Shown here: positions 44,694 to 56,103 of the stretch, in pieces
Position numbering within the stretch: position 1 is the stretch's first letter
Layout: each line of letters opens with the position of its first letter
Assembly (NCBI GenBank): GCA_963822945.1
Contig: CAWGJO010000012.1
Coordinates: 64,001 to 128,000 of the forward strand
Source: an uncultured Gemmatimonadaceae bacterium
Lineage (GTDB): Bacteria; Gemmatimonadota; Gemmatimonadetes; Gemmatimonadales; Gemmatimonadaceae
DNA: 64,000 nucleotides
Direction: 5' to 3'
Program-made: the position numbers and the translations under genes
The notes under the pieces: model-generated
The model's input: the letters and a program-made list of their open reading frames with translations, nothing else
The model's database searches: none
What the model was told of the DNA's origin: nothing

Positions 44694-45769
44694 GCGTGAT
44701 CTCCGTACAGCCGCGGCAGGCGCGAGTGGAGTTCGGTGAGCAGTTCGTAGGGCGAGAGATGGCCGAACCGAGCCACGTCCTGGACCGTCAGGAGGTCGTC
44801 GCCGTCGCGGCCGATGAGCGTCACCACATCCCCCACGGCGCACGGCACCTCAGTCACGTCGAGCATCGTCATGTCCATCGTCACGGCGCCGGCCACCGGC
44901 ACGCGGCGCCCGTGCAGCAGGGCCCATCCCCGGTTGCCGAGCGCGCGGCGGTAGCCGTCGGCGTAGCCGAGCGGAAGCGTGGCGATGCGACGCGGCCAGT
45001 CTTCCGGATGCGAGCCCGGCGCCGGATACGTGGCGCCGTAGCTCACCGTGTCGCCGTCGCGGATCGCGCGCATCTCCACGATGCGGGCCCGCACGGCCAC
45101 CACGGGCTCGGGATCCAACCCGGCGGCGGTCCCGACGCCGTAGAGGAAGATGCCCGGGCGGACGAGGTCCCATTGCGACGGACCCTCCGCATGCTCGATG
45201 GCCGCCGAGGATTCGGCGTGCAGCAACGGCGGGCGTTGGGGCAGCGCAGCCAGCGCGTCGCGAAAGCGCTGGGTCTGCCGGGCGACCGACGCCCGGTCCT
45301 TCAGCACGGAGTGGTAGTGCGTGAACGCCCCCTCGGGTGGAAAGGCCGCCACCAATTCACGCAGGCTCGCGATCTCGCGCCACGGCACCCCGGCCCGGTT
45401 CATCCCTGTATCGATGGACAGGTGCCAGGGGGCGCCGCCCGGGCCCCACTCGGCGATCGCGTCCCGGTCGCCGAGCGCGGGCCGGAGATCGGCGGCACGA
45501 GCGGCCGCAAAGGTCTCGGGAAGGATCGGCGTGAGCACCAGGATGGGGCGTGTGATGCCCGCGGCGCGCAGCTCCTCGCCCTCTTCGATGGTCCCGACGC
45601 CGTAGCCCCAGGGATCGGTGGATTCGAGCGCGCGCGCCACACCCACGGCGCCCAGTCCGTAGGCGTCGGCCTTGATCATCGGCAGCAGCGGCACCCGGGC
45701 CGCCTCGGTGATTCTGGCGGCGTTGCGCGTAAGCGCGCCGAGGTCGATCTCGACCCAAGCGCGCGTCAT
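44690..45769 (-). CDS. alr: Alanine racemase
   Basis: IKADAYGLG (PLP Lys), DTGMNR, VRPGIFLYG, VSYG, GYADG, MDM. Confidence 0.95.
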   Translation of the reverse strand: MTRAWVEIDLGALTRNAARITEAARVPLLPMIKADAYGLGAVGVARALESTDPWGYGVGTIEEGEELRAAGITRPILVLTPILPETFAAARAADLRPALGDRDAIAEWGPGGAPWHLSIDTGMNRAGVPWREIASLRELVAAFPPEGAFTHYHSVLKDRASVARQTQRFRDALAALPQRPPLLHAESSAAIEHAEGPSQWDLVRPGIFLYGVGTAAGLDPEPVVAVRARIVEMRAIRDGDTVSYGATYPAPGSHPEDWPRRIATLPLGYADGYRRALGNRGWALLHGRRVPVAGAVTMDMTMLDVTEVPCAVGDVVTLIGRDGDDLLTVQDVARFGHLSPYELLTELHSRLPRLYGDHA

Positions 45770-45819
45770 GGCCCTTATCATTGAGCTATCATTTGCAGGG
45801 CGGGTAGTATATCGGACGC

Positions 45820-46614
45820 GTGGAGGCGAGGCAAGTGAAACGGCCGCTTGAAGATACGCTCGAATTGATGCGCGACCTGCGCCAGCGCTGCGAGTGGGAC
45901 GCCGCGCAGACGCACGAGTCGTTGCGCCCTTATCTGCTCGAGGAAGCCCACGAGGTGGACGAGGCGATCACCGCGGGCGACGATCGCCAGTTGCGCGAGG
46001 AGCTCGGCGACCTGCTGTTCCAGGTGCTGTTTCACTCCGTCGTCGCCGAAGAGCGGGGCGCGTTCACGATCGACGACGTGGCGGAGACGTTCATCGCGAA
46101 GATGAAGGCGCGCCATCCGCATCTGTACGGCGACGGCGCACGCACACCCTGGGAGCAGCAGAAGGCAAAGAAGCGGGAGCGGCTGGCGGACGGCCTGCCG
46201 GTGGGGCTGCCGAGCCTGCATCGCGCCTACCGGCTGCAGGACCGGGCGGCCGGCGTGGGATTCGACTGGCCCGACGTGGCGGGGCCACTCGATAAAGTGG
46301 AGGAGGAGTTGGGTGAGGTGCGAACCGAACTGGACGCAATGCCGCCGCGCGAGGGCCACGGGCCGGTATACGACGCGGCCCACGAGAAGCTGGAAGCCGA
46401 ACTCGGCGATCTGTTGTTCGCAGTGGTGAACGTGTGCCGGAAGGCGGGCGTGCATCCCGCCCTGGCGTTGGACAGGGCGAACGGAAAGTTCGTGCGGCGG
46501 TTTCAGCAGATCGAGGAAAAGGCGAAGCAGCGCGGGGTGGAGGTGAGGACAGCCGGGTTGGAGGCGTTGGACCGGCTGTGGGACGAAGTGAAGGCAGAGG
46601 AGGCGGCGGGCTGA
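45820..46614 (+). CDS. mazG: Nucleoside triphosphate pyrophosphohydrolase MazG
   Basis: CEWDAAQTHESL..EEAHE, EELGDLLFQ, RHPH, GFDW, ELGDLLF. Confidence 0.95.
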   Translation: MEARQVKRPLEDTLELMRDLRQRCEWDAAQTHESLRPYLLEEAHEVDEAITAGDDRQLREELGDLLFQVLFHSVVAEERGAFTIDDVAETFIAKMKARHPHLYGDGARTPWEQQKAKKRERLADGLPVGLPSLHRAYRLQDRAAGVGFDWPDVAGPLDKVEEELGEVRTELDAMPPREGHGPVYDAAHEKLEAELGDLLFAVVNVCRKAGVHPALALDRANGKFVRRFQQIEEKAKQRGVEVRTAGLEALDRLWDEVKAEEAAG

Positions 46615-46687
46615 CCCTGCCCGAGGTCCGCGAGTTCGGACCTCAGCGGTCGTGGGGAGTGAAGGCCGCCGCGACCGATCCCGCGGC

Positions 46688-49337
46688 CTATTCCCGCGGT
46701 GCGTTCGGATCCGCATGCACCGTGATGGCTCCCGAGACCTGCGCCTCGCCCAGACGCACCTCCACGGCGTACCGGCCCGCTGGTGCATCGTCCAACAGTT
46801 CCGTGCGCGTCCCGGGCCTGGAGATCCCACACGATCGTGTTCACGCCGGGCACCACGTCGACGCGCCAGCTCCGCACCACTCGGCCGCTCGAGTCGCGCA
46901 CGGTTACCGACGCGCGTCCCGCGGCATGCGACGCCACCTGCAACGGCGCCACGTTGCGCCCTCGCCGCTCGCCGGGCACCGTCTCCCAGGGGAACCAGTC
47001 GACGACCGCGTCACGGATACGATAGAGGTACAGCGGACGCGCCGCAGACACCGTCGTCCGATCGCGGATCGGATCCAGGTCGAGAATCCACGCCCCGCGC
47101 CCGTAGCTGGCGGCCACCAGGTCGTGCGCGCGCCGTTGCACGGTCAGATCCATCACCGGCGTCGAGGGGAGCGTGCCGTTGAGCGATTCCCAGCGCCGAC
47201 CGCCGTCACGCGACACGTACACTCCCAGGTCGGTGCCGGCGTAGAGCACCTGCGCGTCGTCGGGATCATCCTTGATCACGTTCACCGCTTCGAGCGGCAG
47301 GTTGCCAGCGATCGAGTGCCAGGTGCGCCCCGTGTCGGCGGACGCGAACACGTAGGGGCGCGCATCGTCCTCCCGGAATCCCGTGAAGCTCACGTAGATC
47401 GTGCCGGCGTCGTGCGACGAGAGAGTGACGCGACTCACCCAGTGGCGCGGCAGTCCGGCATCGATGCGCCGCCACGAACCGCCGTCGTTCATCGTGAGCC
47501 ACACGCGTCCCCCCTCGGTGCCCCCGGCCAGCATCCCGGGCACGAGCGGCGACTCGGTGAGCATGGTGAACGCGCCCGTGGTGACCAGCGCGCGGTCGCT
47601 CCCGGGTGGATCGCCAAGATCGGGACTGATCACGTGCCAGTGGTCGCCGCGATCGGTGGACTTCAGCACCTGGTTGCCGCCGACGTAGAGCGTTCGTGGA
47701 TCGAACGGCGAGATGAAGAAGGGCGTGTACCAGCTGAAGCGGATGCGGGGCGCGCCGCGCGGCGCGCGCGGCGCGATGTCCACGGCCGACGGCCCGCCCG
47801 TGAGCACGGAGGTGCCGGTGATGTCCATCCGCCGCATGGCGCCGTTCTGATGTTCGTAGTACACGATGTGATCGTCGGTGGGATCGGGCAGCGTGACGAA
47901 ACTGTCGCCCCCCGTCCACCGGTCGAGGTACACGCTGCGCCACGCCGCGGGCTCCGCGTCGTCCAGCGACGCGTTGCTCGGCCCGTAGACCGCGGCGTCG
48001 TCCTGCGTGCCGGCGAAGATGCGGTAGGGCGTGTGGTCGTCGGTGGCGACGAAGTACATCTGGGAAACGGGGATGTCGTTGAGATGCAGCCAGCTCTCGC
48101 CGGCGTCGTACGACATGAACAGCCCGCCGTCATTGCCAAGCAGCAGCCGGTCGGGATTGGCGGGATCGATCACCAGTTCGTGCTGGTCGAGGTGCATGGC
48201 CCGCCCGTCCGTGTGGTGCACGCGCAGGATGCGGTCGCCGAGCCGGCGCCAGGTGGCGCCTCCGTCGAACGATTGGAAGGCGCGATTCCCGAGGATGTAC
48301 ACGTGATCGGCATTGCGCGGATCGACGTGCACGTCGGCGAACTTCCAGCCGAACACTCCGAACACGTCGTAGAGGTCCTGGGTGTTCGCCTTGCGCCAGT
48401 GCTCCCCCCGGTCGTCGGACCGGTAGACTTCCCCGCCCACGTACGGGCGGTTCTTCACGGTCGCCGGTCCGCGGTTGTCGACGAACAGATACAGGACGTT
48501 CCGATCGCCGGGCGCCACGCCGATGTTGGCACGTCCGAGCAGTCCGCCGGGCAGGCCGGCGGTGATGTGGCGCCAGTGGTCGCCCCCATCGGTGGACTTG
48601 AACAGGCCACCCCGGCGCCCCTGCTCGATCTGCCACGCCCACGCGTACAGCGTCCGCGGATCCGCCGGATCCATGGCGACGTCGATCACGCCGGTGGAGT
48701 CGTCGATGAACAGCACCTTCTGCCAGTGCGCGCCGCCGTCGCGCGTCCGGAACACCCCGCGCTCGGCGTTGGCCGTCCACTGGTGCCCCATCGCGGCGAC
48801 GTACACGATGTCGGGATCGGTCGGATCGATGAGCACCTTGCCGATGTGCTGCGTTTCGGCCAGGCCCATCGGGGTCCACGATTCACCGCCGTTCACCGAT
48901 TTGAACACGCCGGTACCGGGATACGCGTAGCCGGCGAAGCGCGGTTGCGCCTCGCCCGTACCCACCCAGACGATGTTCGGATTGCTGCGCGACACGGCCA
49001 CGTCGCCGATGGCAAAGGCGCTCTGGTGCTCGAAGATCGGGCGCCACGTGATGCCGTTGTTGACCGTCTTCCAGAGATTGCCGGTGCCGACGCCGACGTA
49101 GATGGTACCCGTGTTGCCGGGTGGAATGGCGATGGCTTCCACGCGGGCGCCGGTCTTGACGGGACCGTCGGCGCGCCACGCGAGGCCGCGAAAGTACGAG
49201 GCCTGCGCCATCGCCTGGTGGGTGTTCCAGGACGCGGCGCGCTCGGCGGCGGTCGTCGGATGCTGGGCGGCCGCCGCGCCGGGCACCGTCGCGGCAACGG
49301 CCGAAATGCAGAGGGCACGCAGGAAGATCGTTCGCAT
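46688..49337 (-). CDS. Secreted BNR/VPS10-type beta-propeller protein (glycosyl hydrolase-like) with FlgD-like tail; probable frameshift near 46800
   Basis: Signal peptide; repeated S/T-x-D-G-G-x-x-W Asp-box motifs; the tail ..DDAPAGRYAVEVRLG..APRE* is in another frame and ends at 46688. Confidence 0.82.
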
Positions 49338-49381
49338 GGTGAACAATCCTGCGTGCCCGCCCCGCGATGCGCCAGCCGCGG

Positions 49382-50669
49382 TCAGGGACGCAGGCGGTAC
49401 ATCATCCGTGGAAATGGGATCGCTTCGCGCAAGTGCTCCAGTCCGCAGATCCATGCCACGGTGCGCTCCAGCCCGAGCCGAAACCGCTGTGCGTGAAGGT
49501 CCCGTATCGCCGCATGTCGAGATACCAGTCGTACGCCTCCATGGGCAGGCCTTCGTCCCTGATGCGTGCACCAGACGCTCGTAGTCGTCCTCGCGCTGGC
49601 TCCCGCCGATGATCTCGCCGTATCCCTCGGGCGCCAGACAGGTCGTCGCACTTCACGGTGCTCGGATCCTCGGGGTTCTCCTTCATGTAGAAGGCCTTGG
49701 CCTGCTTGGGATAGTCGTAGACGAACAGCGGCTTCGCCCGGCCCTCGGTGAGGATCGTCTCGTCCTCGGCGCCCAGGTCGGCCCCCCACTCGATCTCGCT
49801 TCCCCTGCCCTGCAGGTCGCGACGGCGTCCGTGTAGTTCATCGGTCGAACGGCGCCGTGATCGCCTCGAGCTTCGAGACGTCGCGCTCCAGCACGTCGAA
49901 CTCCGCCGCCGGCGCCGTCGAGCACCCGCGCCACGATCGCGGCCACGAAGTCCTCCTGCAGCGCCATGTTGCCCTCGCTATCCAGCCACGCCACCTCGGG
50001 CTCCACCATCCAGAACTCCGTCAGGTGGCGCCGGGTCTTGGATTTCTCGGCCCGGAACGTGGGCCCGAAGCAGTAGACTGCCGAACGCGGCGGCCGCGGG
50101 TTCGAGGTAGAACTGGCCGGTCTGCGCCAGGTACGCCTTGCCGAGATCGAAGTACTCCGTCTCGAAGAGCGTTCCCGCCGACTCGCCGATCGAGCCCGTG
50201 AGAATCGGCGTGTCGATCAGCGTGAATCGCGCTCATGGAAGAATTCGCGGATGCCGAACACGAGCTCGTCGCGGATCCGCAGGATCGCCCGCTGCCTCGG
50301 AGCGGAGCCACAGGTGGCGATGGTTGAGCAGGAAGTCGATGCCGTGCTCCTTGGGCTGGATCGGGTAGTCGGTGGGGCTGGCGCCGACGATCTCGAGGCC
50401 GGTGACCCCGAGCTCGTACCCGCCGGGCGCCCGCGGCTCGGCCCGGACCTCGCCGGTGACCGCCACCGACGTCTCCAGGGTGAGTTCGGCGAACCGCTCC
50501 CAGACGTCGGGGGCAACCTGGCTCTTCACGAATACCGCCTGCGCGGTACCCGTGCCGTCCCGGATCACGGCAAACGCGATCTTGCCCGAAGACCGCACGT
50601 GGGTCACCCAACCGCGCACGGTGACGGACTGGCCCACATGGGCCGCGAGCTGGAAATGCGAGGAGTCAT
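49382..50669 (-). CDS. asnS: Asparagine--tRNA ligase, broken by many frameshifts (probably sequencing errors)
   Basis: Segments [84 protein letters not shown] are spread over all three frames. Confidence 0.9.
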
Positions 50670-50832
50670 GGGGGAGAACGGTATCGAACGCCAGGAGGGA
50701 AGTGAACACCCGCCGGCGCCTCCGGGCTCCGCAGCATGCCGGGCTCGACGCGGGGCCTCCCCGGCCGGCCCCACTGGTTTCCGGGACCGGCCGGCCGCAC
50801 ATTTCCAACTGGAGGTTCGGAGAGGAGGCTCC

Positions 50833-51000
50833 ATGAAGAAGCGTCGAACGCACGTCCCAGATTTCGCCCACAAGCGCGTGGCGCGGCCCGACGCGGAAGC
50901 GCAGAAGGCGCATCCCCACTCGCCCGCGCCACCGCAACCGCCCGCGCCGCCCGTGAAGCCGCACGCCACGTCGGCCAAGTCGGGGCGCCGAGGGCAGTAG
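50833..51000 (+). CDS. Small basic Pro-rich hypothetical protein (55 aa)
   Basis: Strong RBS AGAGGAGG-CTCC-ATG; MKKRRTHVPDFAHK...SAKSGRRGQ; divergent from asnS. Confidence 0.6.
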   Translation: MKKRRTHVPDFAHKRVARPDAEAQKAHPHSPAPPQPPAPPVKPHATSAKSGRRGQ

Positions 51001-51196
51001 CGGCCGCCGAATATTCGCCGGGCGCTGGTCAACCGCCCTGAAGCCGGCAGATTGTCGATGTGCCCATGCCGGGCAAGTAAGGAGTCATGGTGTCCACGTC
51101 CGGCCGTCGGCCGGTGCGGCAGGATCAGTCACTCGCGTCGCGCATTTCGCCGCGAGTGGTGCATCTCTTTCATGCGCTGAACGGACGGAGGACCGC

Positions 51197-52090
51197 GTGA
51201 CGGCCGAATCCAACCCCCTGGCCGGCGCCATTGAAGCGGCGCCGAGCGAACGTCCCCGCGATCACCAACTCGATCTGTACGGCATGACGCACGCCGGCCG
51301 GGTCCGGCCGGAGAACCAGGACCATTTCCTGCTCGGCACGGTGCATCCGCAGGTAGTCATCCACGGAACCAGCCTGCCGCATCCGGAGCAACTGCCGGCG
51401 CGCGGACAGCGGATGGCGACGATCATGCTGGTGGCCGACGGCGTCGGAGGCGGGAGCGAGGGCGGCCAGGCCAGCCAGCTCGCGGTCGAAGCGATCATGG
51501 ACTACGTGTCGTCCACCATGGAGTGCTGTCACGCCGTGGTGTCGGGGCGCGAGGAGGAACTGATGGCGGCGCTCCGGACGGCCGCCGCGCAGGCCCATGC
51601 CGCCGTGCAGAGCAAGGCCGCATCGCTCGCCCTGCCCCAGGTGATGGCGACGACGCTCACGCTCGCGGTCGCGGTCTGGCCATGGGCGTACGTGGTGCAG
51701 GTGGGGGACAGCCGCTGCTACCACTTCTCACACGGCGAGCTGCACCAGGTGACGCGCGATCAGACCGTGGCCCAGGACCTGGTGGACATGGGCGTGCTCG
51801 CCCCCGATCGCGCCGCGGCCTCACCGTACCGCAACGTGCTGGCACGAGCCATCGGAGCCGCCGAGGCGACGCCCGAGGTCAACCGCCTCGACATCCGCGA
51901 GCGCGGCTGCGTGATCCTGCTGTGCAGCGACGGTCTCACCAAGCACGTATCCGACGACGAGATCGCCGAGCATCTGCGCACCATGCGGTCGTCCGAACAG
52001 GTCTGCCATTCCCTGGTGGAGCTGGCGCTGGAGCGCGGCGGCTCCGACAACGTGACGGTGATCGCCGGGCGGGCGGTCGGACCCGACTGA
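51197..52090 (+). CDS. PP2C-family Ser/Thr protein phosphatase
   Basis: THAGRVRPENQD, VADGVGG, VGDSRCY, LCSDGL, GGSDNVT. Confidence 0.95.
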   Translation: MTAESNPLAGAIEAAPSERPRDHQLDLYGMTHAGRVRPENQDHFLLGTVHPQVVIHGTSLPHPEQLPARGQRMATIMLVADGVGGGSEGGQASQLAVEAIMDYVSSTMECCHAVVSGREEELMAALRTAAAQAHAAVQSKAASLALPQVMATTLTLAVAVWPWAYVVQVGDSRCYHFSHGELHQVTRDQTVAQDLVDMGVLAPDRAAASPYRNVLARAIGAAEATPEVNRLDIRERGCVILLCSDGLTKHVSDDEIAEHLRTMRSSEQVCHSLVELALERGGSDNVTVIAGRAVGPD

Positions 52091-52110
52091 CCTTCGCCGC
52101 GGGCGAATGA

Positions 52111-52148
52111 GAAGCGGCGCCGGCGAACACACTCGCCGGCGCCGCTTC
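52111..52148. terminator. Perfect 16-bp hairpin between convergent genes (possible bidirectional terminator)
   Basis: GAAGCGGCGCCGGCGA-ACACAC-TCGCCGGCGCCGCTTC; only a weak U-tract. Confidence 0.6.
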
Positions 52149-52169
52149 GAACATCGACCGGAACTCCAA

Positions 52170-53497
52170 TCAGATGGTGCCGCCGCCACCGCCGGTGCGA
52201 TGCGCCGTCCGGCCGGAGGAGGACCCGCTGCTGTGCCCGACTGACGCGCTGCCGGCGCTCGAGGAGCCGGACGATGCGCCTGCGGAACGCACGGGCATCC
52301 GCTGACCCGAACTTCCGGACGAAGGCGGTGGGCTGCCCTGCACGTATCCGCGCCCCTTCACCACCCGTCCGTGGGATCCGGTCTGACCACCGCTCTTCAC
52401 CACCACGACCACTGGCTGCCCACCGTACCAGCCACCGTACCCGTATCCGTAGCCATAGCCGTAGTAGTTGTACCCCGAATACCCGTAATACGGACTGTAC
52501 CCGTAGTACGGACTGAACGGCGAATAGTACCCGTAGGGCGAGTAGCCATAGGTCCAGGGCGAGTACACGCACGTGCTGCCGTAGTCCCACCCGTACGCGG
52601 AGTACGGACAGATCGTGCGCGTGGTGTCGGCGTTCGAAGATCCAACCACGCCGTTGAGCCGGTTCGGAGCGACCGCATCGCCGTACTGGCCGGTGGTCCC
52701 GCCGAGCGCCGGATTCACCGCGAACTTCTGCGGATTCGCCAGCGCGACCATGACGTCGATGACGTCACCGGGCACGCCACCATTGGCCAGCGCTTCCAAT
52801 TCCTTGGCGTTCACGGCCATCGGGTCACCGCGATTGGCGAGCCAGGCCTCGACGACCGGCGCATCCAGATGCGACGATGCCTCGATCACGTTGTCGGTGC
52901 TCAGCGGCGCCGCCGCGGCCACCCGGGCCGCGTCCACCGCCATGGTCCGCCCGCCGATGGCCGCGGCGATATCCGCCGGCAACGGGCCGGGATCCGTGGC
53001 TTCGCGATACTGGGTCACCCGCACGCCGGTGTTCTTCCCGGCGGCAAGGCCCTGCACGTCCATGAGGTCGCCGTCGGCGGACATCGCGATCAACGCCGTG
53101 GACTTCTGGCGATCGCGCCGCACATGAAATCGGCGTGCAGATACACGCGTTCATCGTCGCGCGACCACTCGGCGCTCTCCCAACCCTTGCACCCGTCGCG
53201 CGTGGCGGCCACGTGCTTCCCCGTGGCTTCGATGTGTTCCCGCGCCACTTCCTTGCCGTCGGTGACGGTCACCAGATCGACGGCCGAAGTGCCCTGCGCC
53301 GGCACGACGCAGAGCAACGAAGCCTTGACCCCGGACGGGGCGCCGGCCGGCTCCCAGCACCCGAGGTACGCGTTCCAGCGCCCATCGGCGTTCGTCGCCT
53401 GGGCGGACGCCCGGACCGTCGGCACGAGAAGCAATCCGCCGGCGAAGACGGCGGCCACCACGGCGATCCGCCTCGAGACATCCATGCGATTCTTCAT
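52170..53497 (-). CDS. Exported hypothetical protein with Tyr/Gly-rich C-terminal region; frameshift near 53115
   Basis: ORFs 53090..53497 (signal peptide, WNAYLGCW) and 52170..53123 overlap and read as one protein; YSPY/YGYG repeats at about 52430-52600. Confidence 0.7.
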
Positions 53498-53509
53498 ATG
53501 CCGCTCTCC

Positions 53510-54265
53510 TCAATACCTGAAGGTAATACCCGCCGTCACCGCCAGGCCAGACAGATCGAGACGATGGAATCCGGAATAGTCACCGCCCACCGGCCCCTGT
53601 GCCCAAGAATAGCGTGCCTCGGCAGTCAGGGCCATCGCGGAATTGATGTTGAAATCGCCGCCCACGAACGCGTCGGCCATGGGGGTCCACGCCGACGTGC
53701 TGTACGCGTCGGAATAAACATTGGTGGTGGTGAAATCGATGAAGTCGCCACCCTGCCGGAACTTGTACCACATGGTGCCGGCCCCGATGCCGACGTACGG
53801 CGCGAAGTGCGCCGGAATCCACGCATAATGCCCGATCGCGCGTCCCCGCGGCGCCAGATACGCCTTGAGGTTCACCGTGAGCGGTACGCGGGTGAATTCG
53901 TTCGTCTGGTTGATCGGCAGGTTGTTGTTGTCCAGCCAATCGCGGAATTGCGACTCCACCGCGGAATGGGAGTAGGCAATCCCCACCACGGCGTCCACGC
54001 GCGGACTCAGCCGGAACCCGAAATCCGTGGCGATCGTGGGACTCGAGAAGTCGCTGTGATTCACCGTGAGTTCGCTGCGGACGAACGAGAACAGATCGCT
54101 GTTCGCGAACGCCATGTCGTACCCCGTCCGGATCGTGACCGTCCCACTCGGGACACCGAACAGGTATCCGCCACCCCGCGCACCGCGTGCCTGCGCGTGG
54201 GCGGGCGAAGCGGTCATCAGCAGCGCCACCGCCACCGCGCCGAGCCCCAGGAAGAACCGATTCAT
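53510..54265 (-). CDS. Outer-membrane beta-barrel protein
   Basis: AGGA RBS, signal peptide (AHA-Q), PYVGIGAG, EARYSW, C-terminal GITFRY. Confidence 0.82.
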   Translation of the reverse strand: MNRFFLGLGAVAVALLMTASPAHAQARGARGGGYLFGVPSGTVTIRTGYDMAFANSDLFSFVRSELTVNHSDFSSPTIATDFGFRLSPRVDAVVGIAYSHSAVESQFRDWLDNNNLPINQTNEFTRVPLTVNLKAYLAPRGRAIGHYAWIPAHFAPYVGIGAGTMWYKFRQGGDFIDFTTTNVYSDAYSTSAWTPMADAFVGGDFNINSAMALTAEARYSWAQGPVGGDYSGFHRLDLSGLAVTAGITFRY

Positions 54266-54613
54266 TTCCTGCACCCGCGTCACCGCATCGTGAACCGCGT
54301 CATCGAACCTCATACACCCCTCCACACCGATGTTTGGGCCACCGTCGCTCCGAACTCCTATCATTGTATACAGTCGAGTATACGGTGTAGTTCCACTGCG
54401 ATCAAGCGGCAATCCTCCGCATGCGCGCCAAGCTGTCGCCAACCTTTCACGCAAGGTTCGGGTAGGGCCCCTTGCGCCGCGATTCGTGGCAGCGAGCTTT
54501 CCCGGCGTCGCCTCCCCATGCCGCTCGGGCAACGGCCGACGACGTGGCCAGCGCTGCGGCCGCCACCTGCACCGCAGCCCTCGTTTCCCCCACCCCGCCC
54601 CCCGGTTCCCGAC

Positions 54614-56080
54614 ATGCCGACTCCTCTGCGCGCCGCCGTAGGCTCCGTCGTGCTTGCCGGTCTCGCGCTCGCCGCGCCGGTCCGAGCCCAGATCACCCAA
54701 CACGAATACACCGTTCGCCGCGATTCGTTGGCCGCTCGTATCGACAGCGGCGTGGTCGTGGCCTTCGGCGGCCGAACACCGGTCACGGACTTCGGCCCCT
54801 TCTTTCAACTGCCGGCCTTCCATTACCTGACCGGCTTCGACGAACCGGATGCGGCCTTCGTGTTGGTGGTACACCACGGACATGCCGCCGGTACCCTGTT
54901 CCTCACGCCCATCAACCCGCGAACGGCGCTGTACTATGGCCGCCGGCCCGACACCGCCACGGTCCGGCAGTCCACCGGACTGTCCGGTCGCTCGTTCGGC
55001 GCGTTGCGGGGGGTGCTCGACTCGCTTGCCGGCCACGGGCTTCCGTTCTACACACTGGCCGACTTCGCCGACGCTGATTTCGCTCACGCCGATTCCCTGA
55101 CGCGGGGCCAGCAGTTCATGCGCGAGTTCGCGCAGGCGCATCCCGGGCTGGACCTCCGCGACGCGCACCCGATGGTCGATCAGCTTCGGGCTCGCAAGAG
55201 CCCCGCGGAGATTGCACTCCTGCGACGGGCGGCCGAGATCAGCTCGGCCGGGCACCGGGCCGCGATGCTGGTGCCGAATCCGCGGCACGAGTACGAACTG
55301 CGGGCGGCGCTGGAAGACGCGTTCACCCGGCTCGGCGCCGAGCGCGTGGCCTACGGATCGATCGTGGGCGCCGGGGCGAACGGCACGCAGCTCCACTATA
55401 TGAAGGACACGGCCGCGGCCCGGCCGGGGGACATCGTGGTGATGGATGCGGCGGGTGAGTATCAGGGGTACGCGGCCGACATCACGCGATCCATTCCCGT
55501 GAGCGGCACGTTCACCCCCGATCAGCGCCGTATCTACCAACTGGTTCGCGATGCACAGTCGACCGCCGAGCGGTATTCGCGCGCCGGCGTGCCGGAGCAC
55601 ATCGCACAGGATTCGTCGTTCGCCGTGCGGGCCCGCGGGCTCGCGCGACTCGGCCTCGTCGAGAGCGCCGACGCGACCTTCGACCCGCCGTGGGCCGCCG
55701 ACTGCACGCACCAACCCGACGCCTGCAAGCAGGCCAACCTCTGGATGATCCACGGCATCAGCCATGGCCTGGGCCTCGCCGTCCACGATCCGGTGCAGTT
55801 CTACTCCGGCGACCGGACGTACCAGGTCGGCGACGCGTTCACCATCGAGCCGGGCATCTACATCAGCCGCACCTCGCTCGATGTGCTGCCGGACACTCCG
55901 AAGAACCGCGCGTTCATCGCCCACGTGCACGACGCGGTGGCCCGCTACGAGAACACCGGAGTTCGCATCGAGGACGACTACGTGATTACGGACAAGGGGT
56001 TGGAGCGATTGAGTACGGCGCCGCGAGAGATCGGCGAGATCGAGGCGCTCATGAAGCAGCGTCGGCAGGTGGTGCCGTGA
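54614..56080 (+). CDS. Xaa-Pro aminopeptidase (M24B), secreted
   Basis: Signal peptide; FHYLTG, LHY, MDAAGEYQGYAADITR, HGLGLAVHD, TIEPGIY, GVRIEDD. Confidence 0.93.
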   Translation: MPTPLRAAVGSVVLAGLALAAPVRAQITQHEYTVRRDSLAARIDSGVVVAFGGRTPVTDFGPFFQLPAFHYLTGFDEPDAAFVLVVHHGHAAGTLFLTPINPRTALYYGRRPDTATVRQSTGLSGRSFGALRGVLDSLAGHGLPFYTLADFADADFAHADSLTRGQQFMREFAQAHPGLDLRDAHPMVDQLRARKSPAEIALLRRAAEISSAGHRAAMLVPNPRHEYELRAALEDAFTRLGAERVAYGSIVGAGANGTQLHYMKDTAAARPGDIVVMDAAGEYQGYAADITRSIPVSGTFTPDQRRIYQLVRDAQSTAERYSRAGVPEHIAQDSSFAVRARGLARLGLVESADATFDPPWAADCTHQPDACKQANLWMIHGISHGLGLAVHDPVQFYSGDRTYQVGDAFTIEPGIYISRTSLDVLPDTPKNRAFIAHVHDAVARYENTGVRIEDDYVITDKGLERLSTAPREIGEIEALMKQRRQVVP

Positions 56081-56103
56081 CCCGGGACCACCGCTAAAGG
56101 GTT

